The notes below the pieces were generated by a model. It made no database searches, was not told the origin of the DNA, and worked only from the letters and a program-made list of their open reading frames with translations. From an uncultured Ignavibacteria bacterium (GTDB lineage Bacteria > Zixibacteria > MSB-5A5 > CAIYYT01): DNA of 64,000 bases. Shown here in pieces: positions 37,514 through 47,413 of this stretch. The translations under genes were made by a program, and so were the position numbers. How positions within the stretch are numbered: the first letter of the stretch is position 1; every line of letters begins with the position of its first letter. The DNA lies in NCBI GenBank assembly GCA_964592145.1, contig CAZQBX010000002.1:33634-97633 (forward strand), read 5' to 3'.

Positions 37514-38593
37514 ATGAACCTGGAAAGGAAGCGATTGATCAGTATTGACGACAAGCGGTATAAGATTGCCACGATTGCCGCGATAACGCTGTTAACAACA
37601 GCAATTCACTACGGCTTCGTGCTTGAACCGATCTTTGGTGACGCACACTGGATTCACGCTGTTCACAGCCGATTCTGCTACATCCCAATTGTAATTGCCG
37701 CTGCCTGGTTTGGCTTACGCGGCGGATTGTGGACCGCGACCGCGATCACAATAACGGTTTTACCGTACGTTTTTGGCTCACAATCAAGTGAGCACAATTT
37801 TGCGGGAGAGCTGGTTGAGATCGTCTTCTATTTTGCGTTGGCGCTGTTAATCGGCGCATTGGTCGACCGAGAATGGCGGGCGCGCCGGCGGCAGCAAGAG
37901 ACGCAACTTCAACTCGAACGCTCACAGAAGCTCTCATTAGTCGGACAGGTGGCAGCAGGCGTTGCCCACGAACTGAAAAATCCGTTGGCTTCCATCAAAG
38001 GCGCGGTTGAGATCATCAGCGACGAAAACACCACGGAGAATGAAAGAAGTGAGTTCAGCGAGATTCTGTTTCGTGAAATCAAAAGGATGGATGGTACAGT
38101 TACGGAGTTTCTGGAATTTGCCCGTCCTAAACCGACTCGAATGGAGCGGCTTGACCTTTCGCAATTAGTGCAATCAAGTCTTCGTCAGTTGGAGGCACAG
38201 GCAGCCAAAGAGTCGATCACGATCGCGGAGGAGCTTGAGTCGGGCGAAGTAATTGAAGGGGACCGCGAAAAACTCCATCAGCTGATTCTGAACATTGTTT
38301 TGAATGGAATCCAAGCTTCAAGAGCCGGTGGCACCATAAAAGTAGCGCTTCGCGGTCATGCTCACGATGTTGAACTTACGTTCCATGACAACGGCCAAGG
38401 CATAAGCGCCGCAGATCTTGATCGGATTTTTGAGCCCTTTTATACTACGAGAGCCTCGGGCAGCGGGCTGGGGCTGGCAATCGTGAAATCGATCATCGAT
38501 GCGCACGGCGGAACAATCGCCATTAAGAGTGAGGTCGATGCCGGAACGACGGTCCTGGTCCAATTACCGCGCCAAGTCGGGGTCCGGTCATGA
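37514..38593 (+). CDS. sensor histidine kinase (membrane N-terminus, HisKA, HATPase_c)
   Basis: H-box VAHELKNPLASIKGAVEII, N/G1/G2 boxes (LNIVLNGIQAS, HDNGQGI, GSGLGLAIV). The start is ambiguous: ATG at 37514, or TTG at 37535 after GGAAAGGAAG. The ORF-track GTG at 37487 overlaps the sigma-54 motif. Confidence 0.85.
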   Translation: MNLERKRLISIDDKRYKIATIAAITLLTTAIHYGFVLEPIFGDAHWIHAVHSRFCYIPIVIAAAWFGLRGGLWTATAITITVLPYVFGSQSSEHNFAGELVEIVFYFALALLIGALVDREWRARRRQQETQLQLERSQKLSLVGQVAAGVAHELKNPLASIKGAVEIISDENTTENERSEFSEILFREIKRMDGTVTEFLEFARPKPTRMERLDLSQLVQSSLRQLEAQAAKESITIAEELESGEVIEGDREKLHQLILNIVLNGIQASRAGGTIKVALRGHAHDVELTFHDNGQGISAADLDRIFEPFYTTRASGSGLGLAIVKSIIDAHGGTIAIKSEVDAGTTVLVQLPRQVGVRS

Positions 38594-39927
38594 TGCGAAT
38601 ACTCCTTGCCGATGACGATACTGCCTTGCGCCGGGTTCTGGAGTTCAAATTAAAAAAGAACGGATTTGACGTTGCGGCGGTTGCTGACGGTGAAGAAGCG
38701 CTCGCACGTGTGAAGGCCGGCTCCTTTGATCTGTTGCTCGCCGATATTCGGATGCCGAGACTGACCGGTATTGAACTCCTCGAGAAAGTCCGGACGCTGG
38801 AACCTTCACTCAAAGTGATTCTCATGACCGCCTACGCAACTGTGCCACAGGCAGTCGAAGCTGTCAAAATGGGCGCATTTGACTACTTGACCAAACCATT
38901 TGAAGACGAGCAGTTGTTGGTGACGATTGATCAAGCGCTGAAATTCAAGCGGCTTGAAGATGAGAATCAGCGACTGAAGGCGGAACTAAACTTGCGTTCC
39001 GGGCTGCACGAGATCATCGGCGATTCGGAACCCGTTCGAGAGCTGAAGGAGATAATCACGCAAGTCGCGCCAACAGATGCGACGGTGTTGATCACTGGCG
39101 AATCGGGAAGCGGAAAGGAACTTGTGGCGCGGGCAATTCATGCTTTGAGTTCGCGATTTGGAGCCCAGATGGTGGCGGTCAATTGTGCAGCATTGCCGCG
39201 CGACCTTCTGGAATCGGAGTTGTTTGGCCATGTGAAGGGTGCGTTCACCGGTGCAGCGAAGGATAAACGGGGAAAGTTCGAGATCGCCGGCGGTGGAACT
39301 TTGATGCTCGATGAAATCAGCGAGTTGGCATTTGACTTGCAGGCAAAACTCCTGCGAGTAATTCAAGAGCGAACAGTATCGCCGGTGGGAAGCGAGTCGA
39401 ATCGCGAAGTGGACGTCCGCATCATTGCCGCTACTAATGTCAACCTGAAGAAACGGGTCGCCGAGGGTAAATTCCGCGAGGACCTGTTCTACCGTCTGAA
39501 CGTCATCCCGATTCATGTGCCAAGCCTTCGCAAGCGATCTTCCGACATTCCGCTTCTGGTGAGCCATTTCCTCGGACGGCTTGCGCCACGGACCGAGGTC
39601 AGGCTGGACGCGGAGTTGATGGCAATTCTGATACGACACCGTTGGCCCGGCAATGTCCGCGAATTGGAGAACCTGATCGAGCGAATGGTGGTCCTGCGCC
39701 ACGGCGATACATTGACGAAAGCAGATTTACCGCACGACTTCTCCATCGAGTGGGAGAAGCCGGAGGTTCAGCAGGCGGTAACGTTCCATGAAGCGGAGAA
39801 GAGCCTGATTCTGAGCGCGCTTGAAAAAAGCAACGGAAACCGCACCAAAGCCGCGGAATTGCTGGCGATTCCGCGACATGTATTGCTGTATCGACTGAAG
39901 AAGTATGGTATTGTCACCGACGATTGA
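38590..39927 (+). CDS. sigma-54-dependent response regulator (NtrC/ZraR family)
   Basis: REC domain (DDD...K), AAA+ sigma-54 activation domain with GESGSGKE and GAFTGA, C-terminal Fis-type HTH; ATGA overlap with the kinase. Confidence 0.92.
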   Translation: MMRILLADDDTALRRVLEFKLKKNGFDVAAVADGEEALARVKAGSFDLLLADIRMPRLTGIELLEKVRTLEPSLKVILMTAYATVPQAVEAVKMGAFDYLTKPFEDEQLLVTIDQALKFKRLEDENQRLKAELNLRSGLHEIIGDSEPVRELKEIITQVAPTDATVLITGESGSGKELVARAIHALSSRFGAQMVAVNCAALPRDLLESELFGHVKGAFTGAAKDKRGKFEIAGGGTLMLDEISELAFDLQAKLLRVIQERTVSPVGSESNREVDVRIIAATNVNLKKRVAEGKFREDLFYRLNVIPIHVPSLRKRSSDIPLLVSHFLGRLAPRTEVRLDAELMAILIRHRWPGNVRELENLIERMVVLRHGDTLTKADLPHDFSIEWEKPEVQQAVTFHEAEKSLILSALEKSNGNRTKAAELLAIPRHVLLYRLKKYGIVTDD

Positions 39928-39993
39928 GGCGGCAGTCTGAATCCACAAGAATCGCTTTGCCTCCAGGCCACAAACCTGTAATCTTGCATTAAT

Positions 39994-42318
39994 ATGAACT
40001 GGAAACGTTTTTTCGTCATACTGGGCCTCTCCGTTGTCATCCTCGTTAGTGCGGGTTTGATCGCGGTGAAGATTCTCGTTTCTCCAGACACAATAACACG
40101 GGCAATTGTGCCGAAACTTTCGGCGATGCTTGATCGCGAGGTGTCAATCGGAAAGGCGGAACTGGGTCTGTTCCCAATCGGCGTTCGTATTGCCGACGTG
40201 ACGATTGCAAATAAGGGTCAGTTCGCAGACCGGCCATTGGCAAAAATCGATCACATTGATGCAAACCTCCAGTATTTGCCGTTGCTGCTGGGCAGAATCA
40301 AGGTCAAGGAAGTAGCCATCCATGGATGGGAAATGCTGCTCTTCAAGGACTCGTTGGGTTCAACCAATTACGATTTCTTTTCGGCGCGCGCCATGTTGCC
40401 GAATGAACAACAGCAATTTGAAGAACCGCTTTGCCGTAAGTTTCGTCTGGACAGCGGTCGGCTGCTGATGCGCGATGATTCAACCGGATTTCGCTTTGTG
40501 CTTGGCAATGTCCGACTAAGTTATGACTTGCTCGGGGAGCGACAGTCGGAAATTCTGGGCAAGTTGGAAGTTGATTCGCTGTTCGTGTGGGCCGGAACGG
40601 GAACCTTCCTCATACAGCCGAACGCACTGGCCACCGACTGGCGAGGATTCTACTCGCTTGGCAGAGACTCGCTGTCATTGCGGCGTTGTGAATGGCGGCT
40701 TGACAAGTTCTCCGGCCGACTGGAAGGTTCGGTCGGGAGAATAACGTCGTCGCCTTCGATAAATCTCCGGCTGCTTTCCGAACGCACCGACTTGTCGACC
40801 TGCAGAGAATCCCGCATACTGGCGGCAGTTCCCTTGCTTCGCGATCTTGACCTCGGCGGACAGATTCGTGTTGATATCGCCTATTCAGGCAGGGCCGGTG
40901 TACCGACAAGCCGCAGCCTGCGCGGCAAAGTATCGGTAACGGATTTCACAGGTGTTCTTGCGGAGAAGAGTATTGATCTGCGAATGAAGCTGCTGGAGGC
41001 AAACTTCAACGAGCAGACCTTGTCGTTATTTACCGAAAACGGTTTCATTGGTTCATCGCCGGCGTCATTTCGGCTAACCGTGGACAACTACAGCGATCCA
41101 ACCTATTCCGGCGAAGTGAATCTGACTAGTGATGCAATGACTTTGGCCCGGATCCTTGGTGCGAAAGCGACATCAACTTTTGGCGGCCTGGTTGAAGCCA
41201 ATCTCTCCGGATTCGTCCGACCCTCTGCTCCGGAACAAGGCCGCGTTTTTGGATCGCTGGTCGTCTCAGGGTTATCGGCAAGAGATTCATCGGCCGGTTG
41301 GTCGCTGGATACATTGAATGCAGAAATACATTGCAGCGGCAACTATGCACAAATACCGCAGTTTGACTTGAGCATCGGTGGAAATCGCCTCCAGGCGTTC
41401 GGCAACGTTACAGATTTTCCATTACTACTCTCCGAAGGCATGAAGGTTCGCAAGCGTCCCCGGCTGGAATTCAGCATTACCAGTGATTACTTCAACTTCG
41501 ATACTCTGACGACCATTGGCGGAAACGACCAGGCAGCCGCAGACACTAACGCCTTCACGGCCATTGTTGACCGGTTGATTGACTTCGACGCTATAGGCCA
41601 AGTTCGGGTGAAGGCTGGTCGCGCCGCCGGGGTTGACTTCGAGACACTGGATTCTCGCCTGTCGGTGACGAATCGAATAATCTACAGCGACACATTATCA
41701 ATCGGTGTTTTCGGCGGATCGGTAAGCGGTGAAGTTATCTATGATTTCAATGAACTCCTGAAACCCGACTTTGAACTGGATATTCGCGGGAAAGAAGTCT
41801 CGGTGGACCAATTTCTAAATCGCTGCACCGGATTTGGTGAGACGTTATCCGGAGAAATTGACCTGCAGCTCGTCGCGCGGGGACGCGGGCTGACCGCGAT
41901 AGAATATCGGCCGACGCTGAACATCAAGGGTCGCGCGATCATTGAGGACGGCAGAATTGAGTCGTTTGACTTGAGTCGGCGCTTCGAGGGTTTCGCCGGT
42001 ATTAAAGCGTTCGATAACCGGCGTGTTGATGATCTTGTCGCAAACTTTATCTATGCCGACCAGACATTGCGTTTCAACCAACTGGTATTTGACTCTGACG
42101 ACATTGAGTATTCGATTGAAGGGACGGTTACTCAGGACGGATTGGCAGACCTGTTGATCAACCGGAAGCTCTCCAAGGATGACTCGCAAGTGCTCGAGTC
42201 AAGGCCGGAGTTTCGTGATCTGAGCGGCGGCAGGCAGGCAAAGTGGGCGACGTTTCGGGCTTCCGGACCTGTTGGGAATCCTTCATTTCGCATAGTGTCA
42301 GTGCGACAGAAAGATTGA
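39994..42318 (+). CDS. AsmA-family protein
   Basis: N-terminal membrane anchor ([20 protein letters not shown]) followed by a long beta-rich AsmA-like domain. Confidence 0.75.
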   Translation: MNWKRFFVILGLSVVILVSAGLIAVKILVSPDTITRAIVPKLSAMLDREVSIGKAELGLFPIGVRIADVTIANKGQFADRPLAKIDHIDANLQYLPLLLGRIKVKEVAIHGWEMLLFKDSLGSTNYDFFSARAMLPNEQQQFEEPLCRKFRLDSGRLLMRDDSTGFRFVLGNVRLSYDLLGERQSEILGKLEVDSLFVWAGTGTFLIQPNALATDWRGFYSLGRDSLSLRRCEWRLDKFSGRLEGSVGRITSSPSINLRLLSERTDLSTCRESRILAAVPLLRDLDLGGQIRVDIAYSGRAGVPTSRSLRGKVSVTDFTGVLAEKSIDLRMKLLEANFNEQTLSLFTENGFIGSSPASFRLTVDNYSDPTYSGEVNLTSDAMTLARILGAKATSTFGGLVEANLSGFVRPSAPEQGRVFGSLVVSGLSARDSSAGWSLDTLNAEIHCSGNYAQIPQFDLSIGGNRLQAFGNVTDFPLLLSEGMKVRKRPRLEFSITSDYFNFDTLTTIGGNDQAAADTNAFTAIVDRLIDFDAIGQVRVKAGRAAGVDFETLDSRLSVTNRIIYSDTLSIGVFGGSVSGEVIYDFNELLKPDFELDIRGKEVSVDQFLNRCTGFGETLSGEIDLQLVARGRGLTAIEYRPTLNIKGRAIIEDGRIESFDLSRRFEGFAGIKAFDNRRVDDLVANFIYADQTLRFNQLVFDSDDIEYSIEGTVTQDGLADLLINRKLSKDDSQVLESRPEFRDLSGGRQAKWATFRASGPVGNPSFRIVSVRQKD

Positions 42319-42355
42319 CTACACTTTTGTCGCCAACCAGCGTAAAATTCTGACT

Positions 42356-42907
42356 ATGGCATTCGAGGACATCAAAGCAATCTATCGCAACGACCCGGCG
42401 GCGCGGGGAATTGAGCCAATTCTCTATTCGGGACTGCATGCAATACTATTCCACCGGGTTTCCCATCGCCTCTATCGCTGGGGACTCCGCTTCCTGGCCC
42501 GAGTTGTCTCACAGACAGCGCGGTTTCTGACGGGTATCGAGATTCATCCAGGCGCTTCGATCGGGAAAGGTCTGTTCATTGATCACGGCATGGCCTTGGT
42601 CGTCGGCGAAACCGCAGAGATCGGCAAAGACTGCGTGCTTTTCCACAATGTGACACTGGGCGGTACCGGAAAACACAAGGGCAAGCGCCATCCAACCTTG
42701 GGCGACGAGGTCTTCATAGGAACCGGCGCAGTTATTCTGGGGCCGGTGAAGATTGGCAACCGCGTGAGAATTGGCGCCAATTCATTCATTTACATGTGTG
42801 ATGTGCCGGATGATGCGACAGTTGTTGGCAGTCCGGGTCGAATCGTGCGGCTGCGCGGCGAGCCGGTGGATCTGCCATTGCCGAAGACAGTTCATATCGA
42901 AGAGTGA
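42356..42907 (+). CDS. cysE: serine O-acetyltransferase
   Basis: SATase N-terminal helical region ([25 protein letters not shown]) and left-handed beta-helix hexapeptide repeats ([26 protein letters not shown]). Confidence 0.88.
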   Translation: MAFEDIKAIYRNDPAARGIEPILYSGLHAILFHRVSHRLYRWGLRFLARVVSQTARFLTGIEIHPGASIGKGLFIDHGMALVVGETAEIGKDCVLFHNVTLGGTGKHKGKRHPTLGDEVFIGTGAVILGPVKIGNRVRIGANSFIYMCDVPDDATVVGSPGRIVRLRGEPVDLPLPKTVHIEE

Positions 42908-43006
42908 GATCGTCTTCCTGCGTAGATACTCAAGAGCGGGAATTGGGAGCATTTCTGCAAATGATCGATTGAATGCTGGAGCTGCAACCTGCGGGGCAGG
43001 CTGCCA

Positions 43007-43414
43007 TCAGAGTCCTTCGGTACCGTTGTCGAAGTAGTCAAAATGCGCAAGCTGATTGATTGCCGAGTTGATATTCTCGACTGATTCACCCAAAGCGACG
43101 GCAAGTTTGGCTATTTCTTCTTTCGTTTCCGGGAATGTGGTAATCAGGTCGACAACTTCGAGAAGTATCTGTGAATCATCTTCGACTGGATTTCCGACGA
43201 TGAAGTTGTTCATGATGTTGGCGGCAAAGCAGGCGGCGAAGATTCCGATACGGGGATCAGCGGAGTCGACAAAGAGATCAAAACGACCTTCCGGTTTCGT
43301 CCAGCTGCTATCGACGTTTGAACCACCTGCTGTCTGACCAGAGGTGACCGGATCAACAGACATCAGGTGCTCAAGCAGATGCGGAAAGTCCGCGAGTTCT
43401 CCGATTCGTTTCAT
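43007..43414 (-). CDS. hypothetical protein (135 aa)
   Basis: ATG preceded by AGGAAA 10 nt upstream; no recognisable motif. Confidence 0.5.
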   Translation of the reverse strand: MKRIGELADFPHLLEHLMSVDPVTSGQTAGGSNVDSSWTKPEGRFDLFVDSADPRIGIFAACFAANIMNNFIVGNPVEDDSQILLEVVDLITTFPETKEEIAKLAVALGESVENINSAINQLAHFDYFDNGTEGL

Positions 43415-43681
43415 TTCTGTCGGTTTCCTACTAGAGGCATAAGACGATGCCGATTTTCGCCTTTGGTTCTGCGTGAAGCAATAGCACTTTCACCCCAATT
43501 ATCGGACTTAGCAGGGCCGACTTTAGTGTTCGGGAGCTTCGATTCGCGGACCGAAGTGATCGCCGGGGTTGAAATGGCAACGATAATCCGAGCTTTATCC
43601 GATGGAAATCACGCAGGGAGTAATTGCACCGAATGACGCTTGACGATATATTGGTTATCTTCGCGCTGTTAAGTTCTGTTA

Positions 43682-45052
43682 ATGAAGAGGAAATGGTTAG
43701 TGAGCGACCTGTTTGGAGACGATGTTCCACTGAAAAGAAAGCCCAATGCTCCCTTAGCCGAGCGAATGCGCCCGGAGCGTCTTGATGAATTTGTCGGTCA
43801 ACACGATATCATGGACGAAGGCAAACCACTGCGGGCGCTGCTCGACAAAGGCAAGATTCACTCGGCAATCTTTTGGGGGCCACCCGGCTCGGGCAAAACA
43901 ACGCTGGCGTACTTGATCTCCAAGACTCTGCAATTGAAGTTCATATTCTTTTCGGCGGTGACTTCGGGAATCAAAGAGATCAAAGAGGTCATGGCCGAAG
44001 CGGAGAAGACGGAAGCGCTTTACGGACAGCGAACAGTCTTGTTCGTCGATGAAATACATCGATTTAATAAAGGGCAACAGGATGCCTTCCTGCCATATGT
44101 TGAATCGGGCAAAATTGTTCTGCTGGGAGCGACGACGGAGAATCCGTCATTCGAGGTGGTAGGCGCACTCTTATCGCGTCTCAAGGTATACTTGCTTAAG
44201 CCGCTTGATTCGGAAGATCTCGACAGGATTATTTCACGCGCCCTCGCGGACAAGGATAAAGGGCTGGGTGGGAAGAATGTGAGATTGAGCGAGGATGCAA
44301 GATCCTACATCATACAGGTAAGCGGCGGTGATGCGAGGCGGGCTCTGACTTTGTTGGATTTGGCTTGCGAGGCGGATCCCGGATGGGAGACGGGCTCGGC
44401 GGACATAACATTGGAGCGAATCACTGAAGTCCAGCAGAAGAAAGTCCTGCTCTATGACAAATCGGGCGAAGAGCATTTCAATTTAATCTCGGCGCTGCAT
44501 AAATCGATGCGCGATTCCGACCCTGACGCGTCTTTGTACTGGCTGGCAAGAATGCTTGCCGGCGGTGAAGATCCGTTATACATCGCAAGACGGGTTGTGC
44601 GTTTTGCCGTTGAGGATGTCGGCCTGGCGGATCCGGCGGCAACGACAGTCGCTGTGAACGCCAAAGAGATCTACCACTTTCTTGGGACACCGGAAGGCGA
44701 ATTGGCGATCGCCGAAGCCGTTGTCTATTTGGCAGCAGCTCCCAAGTCGAATCGGATCTACAAAGCGTATCAGAAAGTGATGAAGACCGTGGAGGAAGAA
44801 CCGGCTTATGAAGTACCATACCACATCCGCAATGCCGTGACCGGGATGATGAAGGGATTCGGTTATGGCAAAGGCTATCAGTATGCGCACGACGTTGAAA
44901 ATGCCATCACCGGCCAGTCTGATCTCCCCGATCAGTTGAAGACGCGGGAGTTTTATGAGCCATCGGAATACGGGATTGAGAAGAAGATCAAGGAACGGCT
45001 CGAATACTGGGAGGAGATCAGGAAACAGGCGCGTGAACTGGGCAAGAAATAA
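43682..45052 (+). CDS. rarA: replication-associated recombination protein A (AAA+ ATPase)
   Basis: GPPGSGKTTLA Walker A, VLFVDEIHRFNKGQQD Walker B/sensor, MgsA C-terminal domain. Confidence 0.92.
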   Translation: MKRKWLVSDLFGDDVPLKRKPNAPLAERMRPERLDEFVGQHDIMDEGKPLRALLDKGKIHSAIFWGPPGSGKTTLAYLISKTLQLKFIFFSAVTSGIKEIKEVMAEAEKTEALYGQRTVLFVDEIHRFNKGQQDAFLPYVESGKIVLLGATTENPSFEVVGALLSRLKVYLLKPLDSEDLDRIISRALADKDKGLGGKNVRLSEDARSYIIQVSGGDARRALTLLDLACEADPGWETGSADITLERITEVQQKKVLLYDKSGEEHFNLISALHKSMRDSDPDASLYWLARMLAGGEDPLYIARRVVRFAVEDVGLADPAATTVAVNAKEIYHFLGTPEGELAIAEAVVYLAAAPKSNRIYKAYQKVMKTVEEEPAYEVPYHIRNAVTGMMKGFGYGKGYQYAHDVENAITGQSDLPDQLKTREFYEPSEYGIEKKIKERLEYWEEIRKQARELGKK

Positions 45053-45116
45053 TATTTTCTGTCAGTTTAGGCGGCTTGATCACTGTCCGGTATAATCAAG
45101 AAGTAAACTACTATCA

Positions 45117-46397
45117 ATGGACGTTATGAAGACAACTCGATTTCTCATATTATCGCTAATTGGTTTGACACTGTTTTCTTCGCAGACATTTGCCAATAAG
45201 ATCCTGATCTATATGGACCGAGAGCAGACCAATCACCTCAAGGCCTACGGAGTGGCCTTTTGGACACTCAAGCAGAATCGCCCGGTCGAATGGCTGCTCA
45301 ACTATCGCGGTGGTTCATTCTTAATGGACGAGTTTGAAGGCATCAAGAATTTGTGTGCGCTTCGCGGTGTTGCAGCAACCACAATCGACGCCGGCGACGA
45401 AGCGCTGATTCGTGCGACCATCGAAGAGAACAACATGGAATCAGTGCTGTTGGAGAAGGCACCTGCGGTGGCGATTTATAGCCCGCCGAACAACGAGCCC
45501 TGGGACGATGCAGTGACACTTGCGCTGCAATACGCCGAAATCGAGTACAAGACTCTTTGGGATCCCGAAGTGTTGGATGGCAAACTTGAAGAATACGACT
45601 GGCTGCATCTGCATCACGAAGATTTCACCGGCCAGTATGGACGATTCTATAATTCATTCCGCAATACACTCTGGTACCAGCAAGAGGTCGCGGCGAATGA
45701 GCAGACCGCCAGAACGCTGGGCTACCGCAAAGTCTCCGAGATGAAACGCGACGTTGCACTCGCGGTTGAAGATTTCGTTGCCCGCGGCGGTTTCATGTTC
45801 TCGATGTGCTCCGCGCCGGAGACATTCGATATCATGCTGGCCGCGCAGAACACGGATATCGTCCCGAAGGAATTCGACGGCGATGCGATCGATCCGAATT
45901 TTGCCGCCAAACTGGACTTCAGCAGATGTATGGCGTTCGAAAACTTCACATTGTCCGTCAATCCACTTGAGTACAAGCACTCCGACATCGACACCTATCC
46001 CGATCGGCAGCAATTTGCGCCGGTGCCGGATTTGGATTACTTCCAGCTGTTTGATTTTTCCGCCAAACTCGACCCGGTACCGACGATGCTGGTGCAGAAT
46101 CATGTCGGCATGGTGAAAGGTTTTATGGGGCAGTCGACTGCCTTCCGTAAATCGCTGATCAAGAAATTCGTGACTATTCTGGCGGAAGTTGACGGTCAGG
46201 ATGAAGCGCGCTACATTCACGGTAACTATGGCAAGGGCACATTTACGTTTTTGGGCGGTCACGACCCCGAAGATTATCAGCACATGGTGGGAGACCCGCC
46301 GACACAGTTGGAGCTTTACAAGGACTCGCCCGGCTACCGCTTGATTCTCAACAACATCCTCTTCCCGGCGGCGAAGAAGAAAGAACGCAAGACTTAA
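45117..46397 (+). CDS. secreted protein with class-I glutamine-amidotransferase-like (ThuA/DJ-1-type) features
   Basis: Signal peptide MKTTRFLILSLIGLTLFSSQTFA; a possible Cys nucleophile elbow (FMFSMCSAPE) and an HPE-like GGHDPEDY. Fold assignment is tentative. Confidence 0.55.
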   Translation: MDVMKTTRFLILSLIGLTLFSSQTFANKILIYMDREQTNHLKAYGVAFWTLKQNRPVEWLLNYRGGSFLMDEFEGIKNLCALRGVAATTIDAGDEALIRATIEENNMESVLLEKAPAVAIYSPPNNEPWDDAVTLALQYAEIEYKTLWDPEVLDGKLEEYDWLHLHHEDFTGQYGRFYNSFRNTLWYQQEVAANEQTARTLGYRKVSEMKRDVALAVEDFVARGGFMFSMCSAPETFDIMLAAQNTDIVPKEFDGDAIDPNFAAKLDFSRCMAFENFTLSVNPLEYKHSDIDTYPDRQQFAPVPDLDYFQLFDFSAKLDPVPTMLVQNHVGMVKGFMGQSTAFRKSLIKKFVTILAEVDGQDEARYIHGNYGKGTFTFLGGHDPEDYQHMVGDPPTQLELYKDSPGYRLILNNILFPAAKKKERKT

Positions 46398-46630
46398 GTC
46401 GCTGTCGGTGTCAAAGATAGTGATCGTGAATAATTTCTCTTGATTTTCGTAACTGCTTTCATTAGATATCAGTACCTTCACTGATCTGAACAGGTCGGAT
46501 AGACGGCTAAATACCCTTCATCGTTTAGAATGTCGTCAATGCGCTAATGCAGATTTGCCCGAGAATCTGGTAGTTCGCCTGTTGATCAAGATAGAAGAAA
46601 CAAAAACATTGCAGCAACTTGGAGGAATAC

Positions 46631-47347
46631 GTGTCCGGTGCGAGCGATATATTAATCGCCAATATTAAGGAAAAAGGTTCGGAGGTTACCGCCTTCCTGG
46701 AAAAGGAAGGAATCAACATCCGCTATACGGCATTGCGTTTGATCGACTACTTGATTGCCGGCAGAATCGCCGTCATTCGCCGGACAGTACCGGCGTTCAT
46801 GGAAGATTTATCGAATAAGCTGGTGTATCGTACAGCGCCGGAATTCAAGCGTACTTTTCCGGATCCGCTGTACATCGTCGAAGGCGATCGTCCGGCTTCA
46901 ACAATTTCCTCGACGACTCACGGACGTTCAGGAGTCACCTATTTGACTTTTGTGAATCGAATTCCAATTATCTTTTCGAGCACGCCCGAAGAGACTGGAA
47001 AATACATAGCACTCATGATGAAACAGGTGGAGTTTGCCTCGACGGCGGAGACAATGTCGAATGACAATGAAGAGACATCGGATGATTCGACAGTCGAAAT
47101 CGATGCCGAAGTTCAGATGCAGGTGCTCTCGGCAATTCCCGGCGTGAAAGAGGATAATGCCAAGGCGCTGATTGCCAAATTCGGCTCTTTGCGTGCTATC
47201 GCTGAAGCTGACGAAGCAGAGATCGCCAAGGTCAAGGGTCTTGGCAGCAAGAAAGCCAAAGCCATAGTACAGGCATTTAATGCGTCGCTGCTGGACAGCC
47301 AACCGCGCGTTGAGCCAAAGTCCTCCAAGTCATCCATTGCCCGATAG
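46631..47347 (+). CDS. helix-hairpin-helix DNA-binding protein with acidic linker
   Basis: The C-terminal tandem HhH (LSAIPGVKEDNAKALIAKFGSLRAIAEADEAEIAKVKGLGSKKAKAIV) is ComEA/UvrC-C-terminus-like. The likely GTG start at 46631 sits just after GGAGGAA; the ORF-track start at 46619 would translate the ribosome-binding site. Confidence 0.7.
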   Translation: MSGASDILIANIKEKGSEVTAFLEKEGINIRYTALRLIDYLIAGRIAVIRRTVPAFMEDLSNKLVYRTAPEFKRTFPDPLYIVEGDRPASTISSTTHGRSGVTYLTFVNRIPIIFSSTPEETGKYIALMMKQVEFASTAETMSNDNEETSDDSTVEIDAEVQMQVLSAIPGVKEDNAKALIAKFGSLRAIAEADEAEIAKVKGLGSKKAKAIVQAFNASLLDSQPRVEPKSSKSSIAR

Positions 47348-47413
47348 ACTATCCGACCATTTCGAATCAAGTCTCGTCCTTTCCTATTTTAAGATTGCAC
47401 GTATATTGGCATC

